UHGV virus genome: UHGV-1368742
Strand: one strand, 5' to 3'
Length of the DNA stretch: 50,463 bases
Source: a virus
Below the pieces are notes generated by a model, which was given only the letters and a program-made list of their open reading frames with translations, searched no databases and had not been told where the DNA came from. Below, piece by piece: positions 28,440-37,264 of the stretch (position 1 is its first letter; each line of letters begins with the position of its first letter). The translations under genes were made by a program, and so were the position numbers.

Positions 28440-29492
28440 AGCCGCATCCGCATATATTGGTTTATTACATCTTTCAGCTCTTTGTTTTGTTTTCCTTACT
28501 CCATCCAATAAAATAAATTTATTATCTGTTATATGGTTTCTGTATACTTCATCATAAATATAAAGTATTTTATTTTTATCATCTACTGCACAACTAATCA
28601 ACGCATTATAACTTGTTTCAAAACCAAAGTCCAAACCAAAGAAATGATATTTACTTGGTATGTTTGTTATTGTATTTGTAAATTGTTTTGCGTTTGTTGC
28701 AATCGTAAATTGTGGCAATACTCTTGTTCCACTTGCTCCGAATCTTCCCCACCTTGCAACCGTCCATAAATGCGGGTCATTTATCTTTAATCCATCCAAA
28801 CGTTTTATGTATGACACTGGCAAGAAAGGATTATCGTCTGCAATACTATGATGGTAATATACTCCATTCTTTTTGTTTACTAATGTTCTTCTCTTGTATA
28901 TCTCCTGTTCTTCCTGTATTACGTGTTCTTTTCCTTTATCATCTGTATGCGTAAAAAATGTGTTATATACCCAATTCTCTTTCCCTACTGGGTTTGTTGT
29001 CATAATAAAGTGTAATGACATTTTAGGCTCTCTGATACGTCCTAAAAGCTCTGTATAAGCGTCATAACGTATTTCACTACACTCTTCCATCCAAACGATA
29101 GAAACACCATGTATGGACTTTATTTTCTCTACATTGTCCATTCCTCTGAATATAATTCTGCTACCATTTGAAAATCTTACTTCCATTGGTGACATAACCG
29201 CTACAGCCTTTCCATTCTTCGGCAAGTGCTGATTAGGTAGCGATTCATCACTTAACATGTTCATCTTTTCTAGTATCTCTTTGAATAATGCAAAACACGA
29301 TTCTTTTATTGTTCCATATACCTGTCTTACTACCAAACAGGTTCTTCTTTCTTCTAGTAATTTTAATATGATTTTAAGTGCAACATGGTAACTCTTACCA
29401 CTACCATATCCACCGAATAAAAGGTACTGTTCATAATTCCAATCTGTTAAAAAAGTGGAGAATCTTTTTGAAACATCAATGTTTACATCCAT
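28440..29492 (-). CDS. terL: terminase large subunit, 5' exon (ATPase plus start of nuclease domain)
   Basis: Walker A LLFGGYGSGKS; nuclease start FGLDFGFETSYNALI; ends ...KPIYADAA. The likely start is MDVNIDVSKRF at 29492 (RBS AAAGGAG), not the upstream M at 29558. Confidence 0.85.
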
Positions 29493-29611
29493 GTTCTTTT
29501 CTCCTTTTGTTTTAGTTTGTTTGTAATAACAGAAAAGGACAGATACATCACTTTGCATCTGCCTTTCTGTTTGAATTAATTATACCATATTATATTTTGT
29601 TCGTCAATGCT

Positions 29612-29914
29612 TTACTTGAATATTTTATCAAGAACATCTACCATATTGGTCAACGTATCCATTGCCTCCATCATTTCTTCATATGATTTTCCATGCACTT
29701 CTTTCATGCATTCGTCCCTATGGTTAATCAAATTTTCAAGTGTTGCATTTTTCATCTTGATATCTTCTTTCTTGATTTCACTCATACAAATCACTGAACC
29801 GATTGCATTCATAATTGTTGCCTGACTTTCAAGAATAATATCAAGTTTGTTTTCTACTTTCTCAATTCTCTCTTCAACTGTTTTCTCATTTACTCTTTCT
29901 TTTCTTTCTTCCAT
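29612..29914 (-). CDS. hypothetical coiled-coil protein upstream of terL (position of a small terminase subunit; unproven)
   Basis: 100-aa helical, acidic protein. No HTH recognised. Confidence 0.3.
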   Translation of the reverse strand: MEERKERVNEKTVEERIEKVENKLDIILESQATIMNAIGSVICMSEIKKEDIKMKNATLENLINHRDECMKEVHGKSYEEMMEAMDTLTNMVDVLDKIFK

Positions 29915-29972
29915 TATTTTGTACTTCCTTTCTGAAATAAATGTTTGTTTTTCTTTTAGGCTTATGCCTAAA

Positions 29973-30045
29973 TGGATTATATAGGACTCGAACCTATAAC
30001 TTGCCGCTTATGAGGCGGTTGCTCTAACCATTGAACTAATAATCC
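29973..30045 (-). tRNA. tRNA-Met (or Ile2), anticodon CAU
   Basis: Minus strand reads GGATTATTAGTTCAATGGTTAGAGCAACCGCCTCATAAGCGGCAAG...GGTTCGAGTCCTATATAATCCA. Cloverleaf with a GTTCGAGTC T-arm; the anticodon loop CUCAUAA carries CAU. No encoded CCA. Confidence 0.75.
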
Positions 30046-30134
30046 TTATGTGTTGCTTTCATGCGCTTGAACATTACTCACAACACTTTAGCAAGAAAAG
30101 AAATTTGGTATGCACACCTTTTACAGTGTGCAAC

Positions 30135-30205
30135 TGCCTAGGTTGGATTCGAACCAACACATTAAGGAGTCAAAGTCCTTTGCCTTACCGTTTGGCTACT
30201 AAGCA
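30135..30205 (-). tRNA. tRNA-Gln, anticodon UUG
   Basis: Acceptor stem UGCUUAG/CUAGGCA (one G.U pair); D-stem GCC/GGC. Anticodon stem AAGGA/UCCUU with loop CUUUGAC. T-arm GUUGG-UUCGAAU-CCAAC. Confidence 0.7.
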
Positions 30206-30457
30206 ATACCTGTGTTTTAATGACTTTAACACCTGTCAAACTTTTCAGCAAGTTCCTTTGATATTTTAAAATCACTTCTTCTGTAACACTGTTCTGAATC
30301 TTGTCATCTTTATATTATCCATGTTGTGTTCACAATACTCTAAAAAGTTTGTTTGCGCTACTCTCATTGTTTTGTATACTCTAACTCTAACCATGTTTCT
30401 TGTTAATATCCTCTTTATCTGTTCTTTATTTTGTTCCCTTTGTTTCTTTCTGATTAT

Positions 30458-30486
30458 ATATTAACATAATCCCCTGCGTTTGTCAA
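30458..30486 (-). promoter_or_regulatory. promoter upstream of the tRNA pair (TTGACA-N17-TAATAT)
   Basis: Minus strand reads TTGACAaacgcaggggattatgtTAATATataat. The -35 overlaps the stop codon of gene 30483..30866. Confidence 0.45.
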
Positions 30487-30866
30487 CACTTTTTCTCGAA
30501 TTCATAATTCTTTTTCATTAAAGTTATTACTAGATGGCAAAAACCATCAATCGCATCCTTTTCTCTTTCTGTTCTACCATCTGATATGTTTCTCTTTATG
30601 TTCTTTAAATCTTGTACATACATTTCTTCTTTTGTTGCTTTTGTGACTTCTATAAAATTTCCCTTATATTCTACTCCCATAGATTCACAACACTGTAATT
30701 CTCTTTCATACGCTTGTCTGTATGCATCATACTTGCTTTTAGCTCTTAAATAATACTTTACTTTTTCTCCATTTGTCTCTGTTTTGATTTTATATGTTTT
30801 CATTTTGTTTCCTCCTGTTTTGATTTTATATGTTTGTTGTTCCTTAACTTGTTTATATAATAACAT
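30483..30866 (-). CDS. hypothetical protein; the true start is probably the second Met (MKTYKIKTETNGEK)
   Basis: A 19-bp direct repeat (acatataaaatcaaaacag) flanks the RBS GGAGGA. The upstream copy creates the in-frame duplication TYKIKT...TYKIKT. Confidence 0.4.
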   Translation of the reverse strand: MLLYKQVKEQQTYKIKTGGNKMKTYKIKTETNGEKVKYYLRAKSKYDAYRQAYERELQCCESMGVEYKGNFIEVTKATKEEMYVQDLKNIKRNISDGRTEREKDAIDGFCHLVITLMKKNYEFEKKC

Positions 30867-30885
30867 AACAATATATAAAAGTCAA
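30857..30885 (-). promoter_or_regulatory. promoter (TTGACT-N17-TATTAT) downstream of the terminator hairpin at 30948..30969
   Basis: Minus strand reads TTGACTtttatatattgttatgtTATTAT. Confidence 0.4.
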
Positions 30886-30947
30886 GTAAAATTTTAAATT
30901 TTACACAATATGTTATTATATAATATTTTATATTTATATAATAAAAT

Positions 30948-30969
30948 AAGCACCCTAAAATGAGTGCTT
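30948..30969 (-). terminator. rho-independent terminator after the glycosyltransferase gene
   Basis: aagcac-cctaaaatga-gtgctt hairpin followed by ATTTTATTAT on the minus strand. Overlaps the stop codon. Confidence 0.5.
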
Positions 30970-31837
30970 ATATCTTCTTATATTTATCTGATATTATTTT
31001 AGGTGTGCAATTATTCCATGAAACATTATGATGTAAACGCATTGTTTTCTTTGTTCCACCCATCATGCTTACTGTTACACAACTAGGACAACATATAACA
31101 CTGTAAAAGCTTTTAACATATGTTCCTAAATCTAAATATATATCGGTTAATCCTTTTTTATTCTTCTGCGTTTGCATCTGCTCAATAACAACATCTGTAT
31201 AGGTTAAGAACAGTTTTCCTTGTGTTCCATACAGACAATACGCATTCGTATCTTCGTTTATCGTTCCTAAAAACTTAAACGGTCTATTTGTTTTACAAAA
31301 GAAGCTGTTCATTGCCTTACGCAATATTTTCTCGTAATAACGCTTATTATCCTTACCTCCAATAAAATCCCCACCTTGTGCAAAAGCGATCGTGTATGCG
31401 CCTGTTACATCAAGATAATCAAGCATTATATCAAACAACGTATCTGCATTTTTAACTTTGATGTTCTTAAACTTATTTTCTAAAACAATCTTAAAAGCTA
31501 TTTGTGTATAGTCATCATCCAACACTAAAAAATATTTATATCCTAGTTCTTTAGCAATATCCCAGCACTTGTTACGTGCATACAAAACAATATTGTGTTT
31601 TTCAAAATTGTCCATTGTATCGCATTGCTCCATTGCTTCTTCTTTGTCAAAAACATAGACATTATCATTGCCATAAATTCTTTTATAATCGCTTTCCATT
31701 TCGTCCTCATTGTCTATAACAAGAATTACTTTGCCAGTATATCCAGCTTTCTTTAACGTCCTTAATGTTTTAACATTGCTTGCTCTTCCATGTGTTAAGA
31801 TAAAAACAACAAAACTTTTATGCTTCATCACTGTCAC
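30968..31837 (-). CDS. GT-A fold glycosyltransferase (DxD motif LVLDDDY)
   Basis: N-terminal beta-strand SFVVFILTHGRASN; acidic DDD motif within FLVLDDDYTQIA. Overall nucleotide-diphospho-sugar transferase-like pattern. Substrate unknown. Confidence 0.5.
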   Translation of the reverse strand: MTVMKHKSFVVFILTHGRASNVKTLRTLKKAGYTGKVILVIDNEDEMESDYKRIYGNDNVYVFDKEEAMEQCDTMDNFEKHNIVLYARNKCWDIAKELGYKYFLVLDDDYTQIAFKIVLENKFKNIKVKNADTLFDIMLDYLDVTGAYTIAFAQGGDFIGGKDNKRYYEKILRKAMNSFFCKTNRPFKFLGTINEDTNAYCLYGTQGKLFLTYTDVVIEQMQTQKNKKGLTDIYLDLGTYVKSFYSVICCPSCVTVSMMGGTKKTMRLHHNVSWNNCTPKIISDKYKKI

Positions 31838-32558
31838 CTCTTAACAATGCCACTTGCTCACTCATTTCAACATACCCTTTTGCAATAGCATCTTCAAAGT
31901 CAATAATAACAAGTGCGCTATCTTCCATAAGTTCTTGCATTTCTTTGTCAGCGTTTGCATAGTATTCAGCAATCTTGGAGTAATTAAAACATAAATGTCT
32001 ATAAGCACCATATCTTAGGAACTTCTTTTCTTCTTCTGAAACATTGCTTTGTTTTATTTTATGCAATAGCTCTTTTACTTTTCCAGTATCAACAAGTTCT
32101 GATATGCTTGGTGTTTCTCCTTTTATTTCATACTGTGGAATGTTTGTTTTCATTGTATACTTTTTTTCTTCCTCTTCCACATATTCACCAAAATCAAAAC
32201 CAAACAGTTTCATTTGTTCTTTGTCAAGTTCCTCAAGTTCCTGTGCTAATAAAACATCATCCCATTCACTTTCATTCAGTTTATTATCTACCAGCCTGTA
32301 CGCTTTTATTTGTTCTTCTGTTAAATCTTCTAAACAAACTGTTGGTACTTGTTTTAGTCCTGCTTTCTTTGCTCCTAGTATTCTACCATGCCCAGCTACT
32401 ACACTGTTATGTTTGTCAATGATTACTGGCTGTGTAAAACCAAACTCTTTAATACTATTAGCTATTTGTTCTACTTGTTCTTTACTATGTTTCTTTGCAT
32501 TCTTCTTATATGGTTTTAATTCTTTTATTGGTTTATAAACTATGTTTAGTTCTTCCAT
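31818..32558 (-). CDS. ParB N-terminal domain (ParB/Srx-like nuclease/NTPase) protein
   Basis: KPYKKNAKKHS...QPVIIDKHNSVVAGHGRILGAKKAG matches the ParBc box with GxxR. C-terminal helical acidic domain. Confidence 0.6.
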   Translation of the reverse strand: MEELNIVYKPIKELKPYKKNAKKHSKEQVEQIANSIKEFGFTQPVIIDKHNSVVAGHGRILGAKKAGLKQVPTVCLEDLTEEQIKAYRLVDNKLNESEWDDVLLAQELEELDKEQMKLFGFDFGEYVEEEEKKYTMKTNIPQYEIKGETPSISELVDTGKVKELLHKIKQSNVSEEEKKFLRYGAYRHLCFNYSKIAEYYANADKEMQELMEDSALVIIDFEDAIAKGYVEMSEQVALLRGDSDEA

Positions 32559-32695
32559 GCTCTTCTATCCTTTCTATGTTTTATTTATATATGTTTTATA
32601 TACCTTTGTTATGCTTGCCTTTGTTCTGTTACACGTTTGTTCTATGTTTTCTTACATAGCTTTTTATTATGCACATGGTGTTCTATTTATTTTAC

Positions 32696-32935
32696 TTACA
32701 TATAGCTTAGTAACTTACCCATGTATTTTACGCTTTTAACTTTACAATTTTTTAATGATAATAGTAATACTGCTTTATATTTTGCTTCCTGTATGTTTTG
32801 TGCATAGCATAATGTTTTATTTGTTTGTTCTGTTTCTTTTCCGAAATCATCTAACTTTGTATATACTACTAAATACTTACTTTGTTTTTCATCTTCTATT
32901 TGCATATTTAGTTTTTCTAGTTCAGCAATACCCAT
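32696..32935 (-). CDS. hypothetical small protein
   Basis: 79-aa ORF. Confidence 0.3.
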   Translation of the reverse strand: MGIAELEKLNMQIEDEKQSKYLVVYTKLDDFGKETEQTNKTLCYAQNIQEAKYKAVLLLSLKNCKVKSVKYMGKLLSYM

Positions 32936-33023
32936 TCTAACCCTCCTATCTGCCTTTTCTAGCCGTTTTATTTATATAGGCTTATACTTTATAAGGTTAA
33001 TGATTTAAAACGCTTATATGAGC

Positions 33024-33548
33024 TTATTTACCACCATATACATCATTTCCCCATTCTTCCTCTTCGCTTTCTTCTTCAAGCCAATCTGTTCCATTTTCTG
33101 CATTCCATATTTCTTCGTCATCCTGTTTGTTTGGTTCATACACATCGCCCTGTGTTATTAGGTTGATTGTTACTTCATTCTGTACTTTACCTGTTTGTTT
33201 GAACATATCTAATTTATCCATCATTGTTACAATTTCTTTGATTGCTCCTACATCACCGGTTAAACCTTTTTTAAACAGTGCTACCATTAATAAATTTTGG
33301 TTTGTTAGTTCGCCACTTTTGAAGCCCATGTGCATTAATACTTGTTTTTGTTTTTGTGTTGTTATATCCATTGTGAGTAATGCTTTCATGGATTGCTGTA
33401 ATGCCATTTTTTCATCACGCTTTTTCTTTCTTGCTTCAACTCCAAGCTGTGTTATTCTCTTTCTATCTTCTGGTGTTCTTTCATTCATAGGGATTAGATT
33501 TTCTACTCCACTACGTAATATCTTTGGTGACTTCTTATTTGTTGACAT
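33024..33548 (-). CDS. hypothetical basic protein with acidic C-terminal tail (possible DNA-binding protein)
   Basis: Arg/Lys-rich N-terminal half, EEESEEEEW tail. No confident family. Confidence 0.4.
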   Translation of the reverse strand: MSTNKKSPKILRSGVENLIPMNERTPEDRKRITQLGVEARKKKRDEKMALQQSMKALLTMDITTQKQKQVLMHMGFKSGELTNQNLLMVALFKKGLTGDVGAIKEIVTMMDKLDMFKQTGKVQNEVTINLITQGDVYEPNKQDDEEIWNAENGTDWLEEESEEEEWGNDVYGGK

Positions 33549-33845
33549 TTGTTTCTGTTCACTCTCCTTTTACTTTTGTTCCATAATATCAAATAAGGCA
33601 AGGAAGAATGCTTTGTTTTGCTTCTCCCTCACCAATATTTCTTTTATATAAAAACAGTAAACATATAAAACTAATCAAGTATACGAGGTTTTTGTGTATA
33701 TGAACGAAATTATTTTATAAGTACAAACATGGCTTTTTATTATTTGTTTTATACATCCACTGTTTTTATCTATTTATATTTTGGCTAACATTTATGGCTG
33801 TTACTTATACATTCCTATCCTAGAATATTTCCTTAGTTCCATTTT

Positions 33846-33874
33846 ATTATAGCATGTTACTATCTATTTGTCAA
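33846..33874 (-). promoter_or_regulatory. perfect consensus promoter TTGACA-N17-TATAAT
   Basis: Minus strand reads TTGACAaatagatagtaacatgcTATAAT, in a 340-nt AT-rich intergenic region. Confidence 0.5.
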
Positions 33875-33889
33875 CGATAAAATTATACT

Positions 33890-34066
33890 TTATTTATGTT
33901 TTCTTTGTTTGTTTTGCCTAAAAAGTAAATCCCTTTCTTTCTTGGCTTTTATCCTTTCTGCTTTCACCTTTTCATTTGCTTCATAGTATTCTAAATACTT
34001 ACTACATGTTTCATGGCAATGTAATATTCTTTCTTCACAATTCTTACATGGACTGTGTAACATCAT
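33890..34066 (-). CDS. unlisted small Cys/His-rich ORF (58 aa) overlapping the stop of the upstream gene (ATGA)
   Basis: MMLHSPCKNCEERILHCHETCSKYLEYYEANEKVKAERIKAKKERDLLFRQNKQRKHK. Zinc-ribbon-like C..C...HCH..C, then a basic tail. Below the 60-aa ORF-track cutoff. Confidence 0.3.
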   Translation of the reverse strand: MMLHSPCKNCEERILHCHETCSKYLEYYEANEKVKAERIKAKKERDLLFRQNKQRKHK

Positions 34067-34437
34067 ATCAACCCTTTTCTCCTTAAATAATCTTCCACAT
34101 CACATAAATACAGTATTGCTTCCTGTGTATCCTGTTCCTTTATACTAACAATACCATCTGTGTCTTTTACTGTGTACCTATATTCTGATATCGGAAAACC
34201 ATCTTTTGTTTCATTCTTTAGCTTGTGTTTTACTTTTGTTACAAAGTTCAATATGAATACTACAACAAATGTTACTACAATGCTTTCTAATGCCCCTATA
34301 TGGCTTTTTATCAGCACATATGGGAGTATGATATAAATAATACATACAAGTTCTTCGAAATGCCCTACAAGCCAATTACGAGCCTGTACAATAGTTTCCT
34401 TTGAAGAGCTTGCTACTGCTTCAAATAATTTATTCAT
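34063..34437 (-). CDS. membrane protein (2 transmembrane helices)
   Basis: Hydrophobic stretches LVCIIYIILPYVLI and IVVTFVVVFILNFV. Confidence 0.4.
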   Translation of the reverse strand: MNKLFEAVASSSKETIVQARNWLVGHFEELVCIIYIILPYVLIKSHIGALESIVVTFVVVFILNFVTKVKHKLKNETKDGFPISEYRYTVKDTDGIVSIKEQDTQEAILYLCDVEDYLRRKGLI

Positions 34438-34814
34438 AGTTTCTTTAATCCTTTCATGAAATCACCCATTCCATTCTTTAATGTTTCCAGTTTTGTTTCA
34501 AGCCTTTTTCTATACGGTGGAGTTTTGCACACTTCACATCTGTATTTGTTTTCTTTGTTAAAGAATGCTCCAGCAAACTCTTTACATATTTCACAATTAT
34601 GTTCGAACACTTCTTTTTCATCTGTTATAACATACACTTCTAATTCTACACATCCAATTCCGTTGCTTTCATTTTTCTTTATGTTATAGCTTATGTTTCT
34701 TGAATTATTCTTTGCTATAATGTTTGTTGATATCCATTTACAGCATTCAAGATATGCTTGTTTCATTGTTTTAGCTTTAAACTGTTTACTGATAATCTTT
34801 TCTGCTATTAGCAT
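34434..34814 (-). CDS. zinc-ribbon protein
   Basis: CEICKEF...CEVCKTPPY. Confidence 0.35.
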   Translation of the reverse strand: MLIAEKIISKQFKAKTMKQAYLECCKWISTNIIAKNNSRNISYNIKKNESNGIGCVELEVYVITDEKEVFEHNCEICKEFAGAFFNKENKYRCEVCKTPPYRKRLETKLETLKNGMGDFMKGLKKL

Positions 34815-34818
34815 GGCT

Positions 34819-35286
34819 TTAATCCTCCGATAACTCTTGCTTTGCTTCTACTGCACTTCTATCTGCAAGTTCGTTTAATGGGTCACCATTATGTCCTTTT
34901 ATATGTACCATGTTTATGACCATTTTCTTTTCATACACTAACTTGAACATCTTTTCCCATATTTGTTTATTCTTTATCGGTTTATCTTCTTTTGTTTTCC
35001 ATCCATTCTTATACCAGTTTAAAAGCCAACCTTTTGTTATAGCATTCACAACATATGCACTATCACAATACACTGTCACCTTTTTTGCTTTACTCTTAAA
35101 GGCTTTTACTAATGCCATATATACTGCTGTTAATTCCATTTCATTGTTTGTTGTGTTTCGTTTATTTCCTTTTGTCACACTTGTTTTAAATCCACTGTCA
35201 CATTTTACAAGTTCCACATAGCTCCATCCACCTATTCCCGGGTTTCCACTACAAGCACCATCTGTGTAGAATATTAAATCTTTCAT
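34819..35286 (-). CDS. rnhA: ribonuclease HI
   Basis: IFYTDGACSGNPGIGGW...ELTAV...VYCDSAYVVN...HIKGHNGDPLNELAD. All RNase H catalytic-motif positions present. Confidence 0.8.
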   Translation of the reverse strand: MKDLIFYTDGACSGNPGIGGWSYVELVKCDSGFKTSVTKGNKRNTTNNEMELTAVYMALVKAFKSKAKKVTVYCDSAYVVNAITKGWLLNWYKNGWKTKEDKPIKNKQIWEKMFKLVYEKKMVINMVHIKGHNGDPLNELADRSAVEAKQELSED

Positions 35287-35678
35287 TTGTCTGTTCCTTT
35301 CTTTGCATCTGCTTTAATATCTGCATATAGTTTTACAATAATCTTTGCAACTAACTCCCATAATGTTTTACCATACACCGTTCCAATCCAATCATGCTTT
35401 TCTCTTACTTTTATGCAACAACATGAATAGAATACAAACTTTCTTGTTTCATTCAGCTGTTCATAATACGGTAGAAAACTCTGTGTTCTGTAGTTATACC
35501 TTATACAGATTCCTTGCATTGCTTTTTCTAATATTTCCAAAGGTGCAATCTCTGTTTTTGTATAGTTTTGTTTTTCAAGCATCTTTGCAACTGGTTTTAC
35601 TTTCCAAAGGAAATTGTTTAATGTTTTGATGTTCTCCTGTTTTGTACAATCTAAATTTAAAATCTCTTCTGTTTTCAT
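35283..35678 (-). CDS. hypothetical protein
   Basis: 131-aa ORF. Confidence 0.4.
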   Translation of the reverse strand: MKTEEILNLDCTKQENIKTLNNFLWKVKPVAKMLEKQNYTKTEIAPLEILEKAMQGICIRYNYRTQSFLPYYEQLNETRKFVFYSCCCIKVREKHDWIGTVYGKTLWELVAKIIVKLYADIKADAKKGTDK

Positions 35679-35775
35679 GTTTTGTTCCCCTTAATTAAAA
35701 AAGGCAAGAAATAGAATACTTCCTACCTCCTGCCTTTTATCAACATCTATGCAACGTTTATTTTATTTGTTTGTT

Positions 35776-36465
35776 TTAGATTTCCCAGTCATCATCTTCA
35801 TCATCCTCTGCTTCTTCTGCTTCGGACTCTGCATCAGCGGCTTTCAGAAGTTTTACATAGGCATCTGCTTTCATCTTTGTTTTTGCTTTGATGCCACGCT
35901 CTTTACACATTTTGAAAAGCTCCATTGCTGTTTTCCCCTCATATGGGTCTTTTTCTTCATCATCCTCTGTATCCCAATCATCCTCGTCCTCTTCAACAAC
36001 TGGTTCTGCTTTCTTTGCTTTACCTTTAGAAGCTTTCTTTGTTTCTTTCTTCGGCTCTTCTTCATCAAGTTCACCTCTGTCAAACTTTTCAAGAAGTTCA
36101 ATCAGCGCATCTTTCTTTCTTGATTTACACTTAGAGGAGATTCCTCTTGCACAGCACATCTTGTAAAGGTTTGCCGCTGTCATATCTGTATAATCAAAAT
36201 CCTCGTCCTCTGCTTCTGTTTCAGCTTCTTTTGTTTCCTCTTCCGTCTCTGTCGCATCCATTTCTACACCATCTTTAAGTCCTGTTTCAAGAACTCTTGC
36301 TGTAACCTTTGGAAGTGCTTTAAGAATTACAAGGATTTTATCTCCCGCAACTGCTACCTCTCTTGTAAGCATTGGATAACGTGAACCAATCTCACAGATG
36401 TTTTCTTTGTTCTTTCCCTCAATAATTTCCTTTGCCGCTTCATAAGCTGTCCAATTCTTTGCCAT
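35776..36465 (-). CDS. acidic protein with two SAP-like motifs and DDDWEI tail
   Basis: TAANLYKMCCARGISSKCKSRKKDALIELL and TAMELFKMCKERGIKAKTKMKADAYVKLL. Poly-acidic linkers. The C-terminal tail resembles that of the SSB candidate (48590..49387). Confidence 0.5.
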   Translation of the reverse strand: MAKNWTAYEAAKEIIEGKNKENICEIGSRYPMLTREVAVAGDKILVILKALPKVTARVLETGLKDGVEMDATETEEETKEAETEAEDEDFDYTDMTAANLYKMCCARGISSKCKSRKKDALIELLEKFDRGELDEEEPKKETKKASKGKAKKAEPVVEEDEDDWDTEDDEEKDPYEGKTAMELFKMCKERGIKAKTKMKADAYVKLLKAADAESEAEEAEDDEDDDWEI

Positions 36466-36529
36466 TTTTTTTCTTTCTCCTTTTCTCTTTCACTTTGTTT
36501 TCTAAATCTGTTCTTTTTTTTACTCTTAG

Positions 36530-36558
36530 ATATTAACATATATTTTTGTTTTTGTCAA
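36530..36558 (-). promoter_or_regulatory. promoter TTGACA-N17-TAATAT
   Basis: Minus strand reads TTGACAaaaacaaaaatatatgtTAATAT, upstream of gene 35776..36465. Confidence 0.4.
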
Positions 36559-36575
36559 TACAAAACTTGTAAAAC

Positions 36576-36890
36576 TTATTCTTTTTCTGCTTCACAGCAT
36601 TCACATGAACACGATTCTGCTTCGCATGACTCTGCATGTTCTACAAGTCCAACTGCTTCACACGCTTCTAAAACACAATCAAGTAATGCAATTAAACCAT
36701 CTTCATCAAGTATTCCCAAACTGCCTTTAAGAAATACCTTTGTTTCTTTTCCATCTTCTTCTGTTACAAGCTGTTCTGCAACACTGTATCCGACTTTGTT
36801 TGTTTCACTGTTGTATGCTTCTGAAATCACAACATTTCTTCTGTCCTTAAAACGCTTTGAGGAAAGTTCTCTAAATGTTAATCTTCCCAT
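36576..36890 (-). CDS. hypothetical protein with Cys/Glu-rich C-terminus
   Basis: Ends ESCEAESCSCECCEAEKE. Confidence 0.35.
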   Translation of the reverse strand: MGRLTFRELSSKRFKDRRNVVISEAYNSETNKVGYSVAEQLVTEEDGKETKVFLKGSLGILDEDGLIALLDCVLEACEAVGLVEHAESCEAESCSCECCEAEKE

Positions 36891-37264
36891 TCTTCTCCAC
36901 CTCCCTCTTCTCCGTTGTCTGGTAATTCTAATACTGCCATAAACTTAAGCATGATATATTCTTCGTCTACTAAAGAACAAATATTGTCTAAGTTTACATT
37001 TTCCACAAGTGACTTAAATGGAATTGTTGCATTTCCATCTTTGTCAAAGTTAATTGCTCCAATAGTAAACATACCTAAATTTACTGCTCTACTTGTAGCT
37101 CCTTTTGCATGTAAAGTAATATCATTGTTTAACCCTTGCAATAGTTCTACACTTGTTAGGATTTCATCATATCGTAGTTTAAACTTAACTTGTACTGTTT
37201 TGTTTTTACCAATAGTTAATCCCTCAAATGTAGCAATACCTTTTTGTTGTAACTTTCTTTCCAC
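36878..37264 (-). CDS. hypothetical protein
   Basis: 128-aa ORF with acidic C-terminus. Confidence 0.35.
   Translation of the reverse strand: MERKLQQKGIATFEGLTIGKNKTVQVKFKLRYDEILTSVELLQGLNNDITLHAKGATSRAVNLGMFTIGAINFDKDGNATIPFKSLVENVNLDNICSLVDEEYIMLKFMAVLELPDNGEEGGGEEWED

Noticed and set aside
30046-30134. Possible third tRNA between the two tRNAs
   Set aside because: Only a simple 6-bp hairpin (gcacac...gtgtgc). No T-arm (GTTCGA-like) or cloverleaf.
36354-36539. 61-aa minus-strand ORF overlapping the start of 35776..36465
   Set aside because: Basic low-complexity translation in an alternative frame of an acidic gene. The promoter at 36530..36558 lies inside it.
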